Assembly: GCA_905233625.1 (NCBI GenBank) | Contig: CAJOFJ010000006.1 | Coordinates: 46,176-110,175 of the forward strand | Direction of reading: 5' to 3' | Length of the DNA: 64,000 bases | DNA from: an uncultured Bacteroidales bacterium | GTDB lineage: Bacteria > Bacteroidota > Bacteroidia > Bacteroidales > WCHB1-69 | In this document: in pieces, positions 56,328 through 64,000 of the stretch | Numbering within the stretch: position 1 is the first letter of the stretch | How the letters are laid out: each line of letters begins with the position of its first letter | Position numbers and translations under genes: made by a program | Notes under the pieces: model-generated | Databases searched by the model: none | Seen by the model: only the letters and a program-made list of their open reading frames with translations | Told to the model about the DNA's origin: nothing

Positions 56328-57368
56328 CTACTCCACCACAAATTTACGCACCAATTCGTTGCCTGACTGCATCATTTTCAGGAAATATGTTCCTGAAGCC
56401 AGTTCTTTAAGATCAACGCGGATGTTGCCTGTCAGTCGCTCCATGCTTTTAATCTGCTTGCCGTTGATATCATATACCATAATATCATAGACTTCGGATT
56501 GATCGGCAGGATTAACCATCATGTACTCAGTTGCGGGATTGGGGTACAGGTTCATCTTGATTCTTTCGCTGGATTCCACACTGAGATAATCATACTCAAA
56601 AGAAATATCATCAATGTATAATTCGGTCTGCTGATTAGCATTCAAGAACGATGAGGAAAAAAACATAATCAGCAATGAGTCGCAACTGACATCGTCCGGG
56701 TCAAATTCAATGGGGACTGTAAGTTCTGTATAATTTTCAATTCTATCTGTTACAGCAAGATAGCCGTATGCAGCAGGAGTTTCACCAACTATAAGCATAT
56801 TGGCAGCACCTTCATCGTAGGCACCTACTAATATTAACATTGTATCTGTAACACCTACAGGAGGAAGATATTTCACATATACCTTCATGGCCGAGGGTAC
56901 CATGGTGAAAGCATCACCTGTGGACAAAACATTCCGCAATGATGCCAATTCATCCCAGTTAAGATTCTGGATATCACTCATATCAATATCCATGGGATTT
57001 AATCCCACCAACTGCTGAATGGTTTCCAAACTAACACTGAATTGACCTGCTGTACCCAATTGAGCCATTCCAGGCCAAGAGAACTGAGGAAGACCATAGT
57101 TTGACAAATCCATACCATTGGCGGTCAATTTCAAAGCGTAATCACCGGAATGCGCATCAGTGGTTTGGGATCCAAAATTCAAGCTAACAGGTATAGGCAA
57201 CGTCATAAAGCCAAGGTTCACATTGACAGAACCCGAAATAGAAGTGGTCCAACCTGTGGGATGTCCGCTTGTCCACTGTTCAAACCCCGGATTGCTAATA
57301 TTCGGTTGCTGTGCCGACAGCTGCAACGCCGCAACCATGCATACTAAAGAGAATAAAATTTTCTTCAT
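56328..57368 (-). CDS. Secreted protein with T9SS type A C-terminal sorting domain
   Basis: Signal peptide; C-terminus LYPNPATEYMMV...GTYFLKMMQSGNELVRKFVVE. The N-terminal NPGFEQW motif resembles the 17061 gene. Confidence 0.7.
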   Translation of the reverse strand: MKKILFSLVCMVAALQLSAQQPNISNPGFEQWTSGHPTGWTTSISGSVNVNLGFMTLPIPVSLNFGSQTTDAHSGDYALKLTANGMDLSNYGLPQFSWPGMAQLGTAGQFSVSLETIQQLVGLNPMDIDMSDIQNLNWDELASLRNVLSTGDAFTMVPSAMKVYVKYLPPVGVTDTMLILVGAYDEGAANMLIVGETPAAYGYLAVTDRIENYTELTVPIEFDPDDVSCDSLLIMFFSSSFLNANQQTELYIDDISFEYDYLSVESSERIKMNLYPNPATEYMMVNPADQSEVYDIMVYDINGKQIKSMERLTGNIRVDLKELASGTYFLKMMQSGNELVRKFVVE

Positions 57369-57401
57369 AACAATAATATTTACATTAAATATAACGTCTA
57401 A

Positions 57402-58871
57402 CTAATCATTGAATCTCCAATAATTATCCATTTGATTACCAAAATAATCCTCTGGTTTGGTAACATCGAAATCGCCCTGTTGATAAAAACGTTTCATCAA
57501 TTTCATCTGCCAGGAAGGATCATGTAATTCATCCACCTTGTCGGAATGTAGCAATTCATAGTCATTCGTCACTTCGGCAGGACACCAGAATACAAATTTC
57601 ACATTATTCTGATCCTGTAAATGGTAGTAATGCCATACCTGATAAGGGTATGTGGAAGGATCAAACGGGGCATCCTTGATATCATTGGGCGGACCATATT
57701 GCAAATACACACGACCTCTGTCGGTACGGTATCCTTTCACCAGCTTACTGCCGAATGCCTGTTGCACATACTCCACTTTTTTCTGGTAGGCCAACCACTC
57801 TCCCTCCGGATTATTGGGATTACGGGTTAGCCAGAAAGAATAGAAAAACTTCTGGAGCATTTCGAAGCTCACTTTCTTCATACGTTTATCGAAAAAGTCC
57901 CGCTCCATACTGGTGGCAATGGGATACATACTTGCCACATAATTCTCCAGTTGTTTTTTGTCGGTAATAGCGGACACAAAAGTATTCTCCACCACGACAT
58001 CTTTGTAGTTCTCAAGTTGCAAAGACATACCAGGGTTACTGCGTTGGAAGAAGCAGCGATTTACACAATAGACATTAGAGTCCAAATCCATAATCTCGGT
58101 CACGAGATTGTAATTGCCAGATGGCAGCTGGTAGATGTTAAAGCGACTGAAAACCAGGGCTACCGGGGCGGTTTTCACATCCAATATCTGAATCGACTGG
58201 GGTGTAGCCAGACGATGGTTTTCCAAAAACTCAATATAGCACTTGGCTAAAAAATGTTGGTCTTTGCCAAAAAAGCGCTCTGTATTATACACTTCCATCA
58301 CAAAAGGAAGGTTATATATATTTTCTCCCGCGAAGTTATAGAACAACGGTGTCATGGAAAAACCGTATTTGGCGTACAGGTCGCCAGGTTCCGCGGCACG
58401 CACATCACTCAGCAGGTCAATCCCCGAAGTGCAAACGTTATCCTTCGAGAAATGCACGGAGATAAAATCAACATAATGAATAGTATCCGTATTTCCGTGC
58501 AGGTCTTTGATGGTGAATGCCAAATAGTAATCGCCATTGTCCACAGGCAGATTGCGCACATCACCGAAGTCAGGACGTCCACTGACCACTGAATCCGCGA
58601 ATGTCTCACTACCAAGGATATAGCGAAGATTTTTCACCACTGTATCGTTCTGAATGACATCCACATTAATCAACACTTCAGCTTCATAACGCTGTTGGTC
58701 ATTCAAAGCGTAGGCGACAGTATTGCCGCCCACGCGAAATGTAAATTCTATATAAGGCTGAATCTTATCGGTGGCATACGCCTTATGGTTCAGCATAATC
58801 TTCATGCCCTGCCCCATGGCTAATGAGGCAGAGGCACAGAAGACGAATAATATCAAAAAAAGTTTCTTCAT
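57402..58871 (-). CDS. GWxTD domain-containing protein
   Basis: 489 aa, signal peptide, GYRTDRGRVYLQYGPPNDI (GWxTD-type motif). Confidence 0.65.
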   Translation of the reverse strand: MKKLFLILFVFCASASLAMGQGMKIMLNHKAYATDKIQPYIEFTFRVGGNTVAYALNDQQRYEAEVLINVDVIQNDTVVKNLRYILGSETFADSVVSGRPDFGDVRNLPVDNGDYYLAFTIKDLHGNTDTIHYVDFISVHFSKDNVCTSGIDLLSDVRAAEPGDLYAKYGFSMTPLFYNFAGENIYNLPFVMEVYNTERFFGKDQHFLAKCYIEFLENHRLATPQSIQILDVKTAPVALVFSRFNIYQLPSGNYNLVTEIMDLDSNVYCVNRCFFQRSNPGMSLQLENYKDVVVENTFVSAITDKKQLENYVASMYPIATSMERDFFDKRMKKVSFEMLQKFFYSFWLTRNPNNPEGEWLAYQKKVEYVQQAFGSKLVKGYRTDRGRVYLQYGPPNDIKDAPFDPSTYPYQVWHYYHLQDQNNVKFVFWCPAEVTNDYELLHSDKVDELHDPSWQMKLMKRFYQQGDFDVTKPEDYFGNQMDNYWRFND

Positions 58872-58884
58872 ATTATTTTTTTAA

Positions 58885-59886
58885 TTAGTCACCCAAGGTG
58901 GCTACCATCACAGCCTTGATGGTATGCATGCGGTTCTCAGCTTCGTCGAACACGATACTGTTCTTGGACTCGAATACCTCTTCAGTCACTTCGATACCAT
59001 CCAAACCGAACTGTTTATGCACGTCGCGTCCCACTTGGGTTTCGAGGTTATGATATGCGGGCAGGCAGTGCATGAACTTGCAGTTCGGATTACCAGTCAT
59101 ATCCATAAGTTGCTTGTTCACCTGATAAGGCTTCAGCATGTCGATTCTCTCTTTCCAAACTTCAACGGGTTCACCCATGGATACCCAAACATCGGTATAG
59201 ATAAAATCGCAGCCTTTCACACCCTTCTTCACATCGTCGGTAACGGTAACCGTAGCGCCAGTTTCCTTAGCGATAGCCTTGCAAGTGTTGATAAGTTCCT
59301 TGTTGGGCTGCAGTTTCTTGGGAGCCACGATACGAACATCCATGCCCATCTTGGCACCACCCACCATCAGGGAGTTGCCCATGTTGAAACGGGCGTCGCC
59401 ACAATAAGCGAAAGTCACCTTGTTGAGAGGTTTGTCAATATGCTCCTGCATAGTCAAGAAATCAGCCAGAATCTGAGTGGGATGGAATTCGTTGGTCAGA
59501 CCGTTCCATACGGGAACGCCAGCGTATTTGCCCAATTCTTCCACGATATCCTGACCAAAGCCACGATATTCGATACCATCATACATACGACCCAAGACGC
59601 GGGCGGTGTCTTTCATGGATTCCTTGATACCGATTTGGGAGCCAGTAGGACCCAGATAGGTTACATGTGCGCCCTGATCTTTGGCAGCTACCTCGAAAGC
59701 ACAACGAGTACGGGTGGAAGTCTTCTCGAAAATAAGAGCTATATTTTTACCTGTCAGATGAGGCTGTTCGGTGCCTGCATACTTGGCAGCTTTGAGGTCT
59801 GCAGCAAGTTTCAGGAAAAATTTGATTTCTTCAGGAGTGAAATCCAATAATTTCAGGAAGTTTCTGTTTCTTAAATTGAAAGCCAT
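58885..59886 (-). CDS. argF: Ornithine carbamoyltransferase
   Basis: [17 protein letters not shown] and HCLPAYH motifs; 333 aa. Confidence 0.85.
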   Translation of the reverse strand: MAFNLRNRNFLKLLDFTPEEIKFFLKLAADLKAAKYAGTEQPHLTGKNIALIFEKTSTRTRCAFEVAAKDQGAHVTYLGPTGSQIGIKESMKDTARVLGRMYDGIEYRGFGQDIVEELGKYAGVPVWNGLTNEFHPTQILADFLTMQEHIDKPLNKVTFAYCGDARFNMGNSLMVGGAKMGMDVRIVAPKKLQPNKELINTCKAIAKETGATVTVTDDVKKGVKGCDFIYTDVWVSMGEPVEVWKERIDMLKPYQVNKQLMDMTGNPNCKFMHCLPAYHNLETQVGRDVHKQFGLDGIEVTEEVFESKNSIVFDEAENRMHTIKAVMVATLGD

Positions 59887-60044
59887 AATTTTAAATTTTT
59901 ATAGATTAATATTAAAGTATGAATAGTCTAAAATATGTGGTCGCAAAGATACAAAAAAATAATGAGTAAATGTGCAAATTAGTTAATTAGCAAATTAGCT
60001 GATGAAAAAAAAATTTTTTTTGTGTGAGGTATTGAAAAATTTTG

Positions 60045-60052
60045 TATTTTTG
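60045..60052 (+). promoter_or_regulatory. -7 box for tRNA-Ala
   Basis: TATTTTTG, 18 nt before the tRNA 5' end. Confidence 0.5.
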
Positions 60053-60070
60053 CAGCCGCTTTTCAGCGAT

Positions 60071-60144
60071 GGGGCGTTAGCTCAGTTGGCTAGAGCGTTT
60101 GACTGGCAGTCAAGAGGTCGTGAGTTCGATTCTCATACGCTCCA
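60071..60144 (+). tRNA. tRNA-Ala (anticodon GGC)
   Basis: Cloverleaf folded by hand: acceptor GGGGCGU/ACGCUCC with G3:U70, D arm GCUC/GAGC, anticodon loop CUGGCAG, T arm GGUCG-UGAGUUCGAUUCUCA. CCA is not encoded. Confidence 0.9.
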
Positions 60145-60395
60145 CAAATTTTTTTTATTTTCCATTCCGACATTGTTCCTGAAAATTGAAAGATTTTTTT
60201 CAAATTCTCCCAAAAATCAATGAAGGTTCCGTTTTTGTCATTTTCTGATTTGTAAACAAAAAGATTCACTTTTTCATCAAAGCTGACAAGAAAATAGCAT
60301 TAATACAATTATTTGATTATTAGTATTTTATAACTTTTTACACTTGATTTTTAAGGGGATATGCCCTACTTTTGGTCTCCTAAAAAACAAGGATT

Positions 60396-61721
60396 ATGAA
60401 AGAGGAACTTTTACAATATCTGTGGCAGCATCAAATATTCCGACACGATGGGCTCCATAGCACTGACGGGCGTGAAATCCATATCATCAGTCCCGGCTTG
60501 ATGCACCATGATGCGGGTCCAGACTTTAAACAAGCGATTATCCGCATCAACGATTTTATCTGGGCAGGAGATGTGGAAATTCATGTCAATGGCTCCGACT
60601 GGTACAAACACAAACATCAGAAAGATGATAAATATTTGTCTGTGATTCTGCATGTGGTGTATCATGCCGACATGGATGTAATCCGCAAAGACAATGAAAT
60701 CATTCCCACTTTGGAATTGAAAAATTACATTCCGGAAGAGATGCTGGAGGAATACCGCAAACTTACCCTGTCAACGAATCCGCTACCTTGTGGAAATAGT
60801 GCGGATTCCATTCCTTCGTTAACGATGAGCTCCATACTTTCCGCACTGACTGTGGACCGTCTGATCCGACGGCAAGAACAGCTTTTCCGTTCACTCAGCA
60901 GAAGTCACAAAGACTGGAATGAACTGACATACAAAACTTTAGCCACCAACTTTGGGTTCAAAATCAACGCCACAGGTTTTGAGTTACTGGCACAAAGTCT
61001 TCCCTACAAAGTGCTGCAACGCCATGGGGAATCGAAAATGCAGATTTATGCCCTGCTTTTCGGGCAAGCAGGCTTGCTTCCTGCAACCATTGACAGGGAG
61101 GAGAACGAAGCTCTTGACGACTACTTCAAACAATTGCTTGCAGAATATGATTTTTTGCGTTACAAATATCGTCTTTCCCCTCTCAATCCGGGAATATGGA
61201 ATCTCCTTCGGCTGCATCCCATTAACTTTCCAGGAATACGGATTGCGCAGTTCAGCGAGCTGCTGTACAGCTGCGGGGATTTGTTCAATGAACTGGTCCT
61301 TGAAGAGGACTTCGGACGCATACAAGAGCTATTCACCAGCATTCGCCCTGACGAGTACTGGCGAACTCATTTCCAACCGATGAAAGTCACCCGCCCCCAC
61401 CCTGTTCATCTGGGCAAAGAATCCATCAATCTATTGTTTATCAACAGTATAGCGCCATTAAAATTCGCTTTTGGCAGCTTCAGCGGACAAGACATAATGA
61501 AAAGCAAGGCCATTGAATTATTGGAAGACTGTCCTGCCGAGAACAACCATATCACGCGCTTGTTTCTATCCTATTCTTTTCCTAACAGAAACGCATCTGA
61601 CTCGCAAGCATTGTTGGAACTATACTCTTCCTTTTGTAAAAAGAGAAAATGCTATTCCTGCCCAGTGGGGCAATACGTGGTGGCAAAATGTTGTGAAGAG
61701 GGTTTAGGAAATAGGATATAG
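60396..61721 (+). CDS. DUF2851 family protein
   Basis: LLQYLWQHQIF...DAGPDFKQAII...GDVEIHVNGSDWYKHKH...VILHVVY pattern. Confidence 0.75.
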   Translation: MKEELLQYLWQHQIFRHDGLHSTDGREIHIISPGLMHHDAGPDFKQAIIRINDFIWAGDVEIHVNGSDWYKHKHQKDDKYLSVILHVVYHADMDVIRKDNEIIPTLELKNYIPEEMLEEYRKLTLSTNPLPCGNSADSIPSLTMSSILSALTVDRLIRRQEQLFRSLSRSHKDWNELTYKTLATNFGFKINATGFELLAQSLPYKVLQRHGESKMQIYALLFGQAGLLPATIDREENEALDDYFKQLLAEYDFLRYKYRLSPLNPGIWNLLRLHPINFPGIRIAQFSELLYSCGDLFNELVLEEDFGRIQELFTSIRPDEYWRTHFQPMKVTRPHPVHLGKESINLLFINSIAPLKFAFGSFSGQDIMKSKAIELLEDCPAENNHITRLFLSYSFPNRNASDSQALLELYSSFCKKRKCYSCPVGQYVVAKCCEEGLGNRI

Positions 61722-61770
61722 GAAATAGGGGTATTTCAAAATTCAAAATTCAAAATTCAGAATTCAAAAA
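61703..61770. repeat. Heptamer-array module (GGAAATAGG lead, TTCAAAA/GAATTCA array)
   Basis: ggaaataggatataggaaatagggg overlaps the DUF2851 stop codon; followed by ttcaaaattcaaaattcaaaattcagaattcaaaaa. Confidence 0.75.
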
Positions 61771-61879
61771 CTGACACCATTGTCTGTTTTCCTGTTTTCA
61801 GCAAAATTGAGTATTTTTGCAAAAAATTTCAAAAACAGAGCAACGTTTTTGAAGAAACTTCGTCTTTATATTGTAATGT

Positions 61880-62428
61880 ATGAAACAGATGATTAAAGAC
61901 AGGGATATTGTAGCGGGATGCAAAGCCGATAAGCCCAAGAGCCAGAGACTGTTATATGATCGATATAGCCGCATGGTCATGGGTGTCGCATTGCGTTATT
62001 GCTCGAATCCGACAGAGGCAGAGGATATTGTACAAGAGGTGTTCATCAAAATATTCACCAGCATACATCGCTTGCGCGATGAGGCAACGCTGGCCAGCTG
62101 GATTCACACCATTGCCACAAGGACCTGCATTGACATGCTGCGAGCAAAAAAACGTCCATTGACCATTCCCTACGAGGAAATGCCAACGGAGATAGGCGAC
62201 ATGAGCTGCAACTATTATGATGACATCCCCACTGAACAACTGCTGACATTCATCCAGGAATTACCTGAAGGCTGCCGCACCGTATTCAACCTCTGCGTAA
62301 TCGACGAATTGAGCAACGAAGAGGTAGCCGCCATGCTTTCATGCACAGAAACCACAGTGCGAGCACAATGCTGCAAAGCCCGCAAATTATTGAAACAGAA
62401 AATTGAATGCTATGAAAAAACATATTGA
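61880..62428 (+). CDS. ECF-type RNA polymerase sigma-70 factor
   Basis: 182 aa; region 2 (AEDIVQEVFIKIF) and region 4 (ELSNEEVAAMLSCTETTVRAQ). Confidence 0.85.
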   Translation: MKQMIKDRDIVAGCKADKPKSQRLLYDRYSRMVMGVALRYCSNPTEAEDIVQEVFIKIFTSIHRLRDEATLASWIHTIATRTCIDMLRAKKRPLTIPYEEMPTEIGDMSCNYYDDIPTEQLLTFIQELPEGCRTVFNLCVIDELSNEEVAAMLSCTETTVRAQCCKARKLLKQKIECYEKTY

Positions 62429-63317
62429 CGAAATCTTCAAAGATAAATTCAATGAATTTGAAGCCCCCGTTTCTGATGGTCTGTGGGACAAAATCCAGCA
62501 GAATACGGACTGGCAGAAACATCTTCGCCAGCAAAAAATCAGGAATCTGACCATATACGGAGCACTTGCCGTAGTGGTAATCAGTAGCTGTATTGCATTA
62601 ATATATCAGCGGAATCACGCTGATACCAAGGCTTTTAACCAAGAAACATCTATGGAACAAACCTTTGAAGAAACCAGTCCGACGACTCCCGCAAACGCTC
62701 CCGAAGCCAATCCGGCACCTATAGAGACCGGCATAACAGAAAACATTGAAAAACAAGTTGCAGAAAGCGACGCCGCCAACACCCAGCCAACGAACACAGG
62801 TGACAATGCCACCATCGAGAACATTGCAAGCGAGAACAATGTTTCCAATCAAGAAACGATTGACAATCCCACAAATCCAATGCCGGTTCAGTCCAGCAAC
62901 CCCAATAGCAAACCAGTTCCTGACAATTCAGGTAAAACCACGACAAACGAGAACAACACCAAAACAGAAAACACCATACAGCAAGCTGTAAATGAAACAA
63001 ATAGCGAGCCAAACAATCTTACAGACGCCGCTCAGCGAGGCTCCCTGTTTTCCATTCCCAATGCCTTTACTCCCAACGGTGATGGCCTGAACGACATTTT
63101 CAAACCTGTCACGGCAGCCAGCATCATGCAATACCAAATGGACATCTTCACAATGAACGGACAGCATGTTTTCACCAGCAAAAGCCTCGATTACGGCTGG
63201 AATGGTGAACAACAAGGCGGCAATGCAAACGGAGGTTCCTACATCTATATTATTAAATACAAAGATGATAAAGGCAAGGAACATATTGACAAAGGACAGT
63301 TATTATTAATTCGATAA
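62403..63317 (+). CDS. Membrane-anchored protein with T9SS type B (gliding-motility C-terminal) sorting domain; possible anti-sigma partner
   Basis: Overlaps the sigma factor gene by 26 nt; single TM helix; C-terminus FSIPNAFTPNGDGLNDIFKP...GWNG...GSYIYIIKY. Confidence 0.6.
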   Translation: MNAMKKHIDEIFKDKFNEFEAPVSDGLWDKIQQNTDWQKHLRQQKIRNLTIYGALAVVVISSCIALIYQRNHADTKAFNQETSMEQTFEETSPTTPANAPEANPAPIETGITENIEKQVAESDAANTQPTNTGDNATIENIASENNVSNQETIDNPTNPMPVQSSNPNSKPVPDNSGKTTTNENNTKTENTIQQAVNETNSEPNNLTDAAQRGSLFSIPNAFTPNGDGLNDIFKPVTAASIMQYQMDIFTMNGQHVFTSKSLDYGWNGEQQGGNANGGSYIYIIKYKDDKGKEHIDKGQLLLIR

Positions 63318-63369
63318 GGAGCATTTATCAGCTTTTTTTTTATGTACCTTTGCCTTCAAAAAAGGAAAT

Positions 63370-64000
63370 ATGCAGGCAGTTAACAGGACGCAATCACCAA
63401 AAATTCACGATTTTACGGGTTTCAGACTTCAGAAGCCTCTTGTTTCGCGCCTAAGCAATGGCATTCCTTTAAAACAATTTGTCAATCCGCAATTAGACCT
63501 GCTTCATTTCATCATCAAAATCAAAGCCGGGCGTTATTACGAGCACAAAAAAAATGCAGCTTTGTTTTGTTACCTGTTGCTCAAAGAAAGCTCTTCAAAG
63601 CACAGCAGTAGTGAAGTGGATGAATTCTTGGACTATTACGGGGTGAGTTATACGGCCAACATCACCATTGAGTATGTCACCATCAATATTATCATTCCCC
63701 GAAGCAATTGTTTAAAAGTACTTCCATATATCTTTGACTTTCTGGCGTATCCTTCGTTTAAGGGGAAAAATTTAGAAATAATGCGGAAACGCAAACTCAT
63801 GGATTTAGCCTATAACAGAGAGAAAGTGTCGTATTGCGCCTCACAACTGATGTTGCATCATATTTTCGGTGAGCAAAATCCGGCAGGACAGATCCAAACT
63901 GAAGAACTTCTCAAAGACATTACATTAGAAGATATACAAAGTTATCATCAACAAAGTTTTTGTGCGGAAAACATCCGGCTTTTTGCGGCAGGCAACATTG
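63370..64000 (+). CDS. M16 (pitrilysin/insulinase) family peptidase-like protein, partial
   Basis: Open to the window end. The family call is weak: it rests on general layout only, and no HxxEH motif is seen in the visible part. Confidence 0.45.
   Translation, partial: MQAVNRTQSPKIHDFTGFRLQKPLVSRLSNGIPLKQFVNPQLDLLHFIIKIKAGRYYEHKKNAALFCYLLLKESSSKHSSSEVDEFLDYYGVSYTANITIEYVTINIIIPRSNCLKVLPYIFDFLAYPSFKGKNLEIMRKRKLMDLAYNREKVSYCASQLMLHHIFGEQNPAGQIQTEELLKDITLEDIQSYHQQSFCAENIRLFAAGNI

Overview
This window looks like a chromosomal segment of a Bacteroidota (Bacteroidales-like) genome. The taxon call is my inference: most genes are preceded by TAnnTTTG -7 boxes, there are several T9SS sorting-domain cargo proteins and a PorX-type regulator, and DUF1573, GWxTD and DUF2851 families are present. 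Housekeeping content includes fbaA, pyrE, obg, hisS, mpl, rsgA, fabG, groES-groEL, rnfDGEA, an ornithine carbamoyltransferase and tRNA-Ala(GGC). I saw no rRNA, CRISPR array, transposase or integrase. Two visibly AT-rich accessory regions interrupt the core. (1) About 19.2-33.3 kb is a defense-type, partly decayed island. It holds a YhcG nuclease, a frameshifted ATPase fragment, RhuM remnants, an unknown 3-gene operon, an exonuclease coupled to RhuM/Doc, mcrB-mcrC plus an extra HKD/PLD nuclease, an unknown operon ending in a PD-(D/E)XK protein, and a decayed WYL regulator. (2) About 36.9-44.0 kb holds a 1,620-aa exonuclease-like/RecQ/UvrD fusion, an XRE-type HTH gene and a 1.37-kb gene desert containing a GC-rich, apparently structured ~345-nt element. 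The best candidates for something new are: the mcrBC+HKD operon; the giant helicase fusion; the unclassified RNA-like element; a 21-bp palindromic operator shared by three island operons at fixed spacing from the -7 box; perfect sigma-54 promoters with related palindromes in front of both hsp20 and groESL; a 28-nt palindromic element family that sits in-frame inside ORFs; and modular heptamer 'word' arrays filling many 3' intergenic regions. Everything here rests on reading the sequence and on remembered family signatures. No database search or RNA folding was run.
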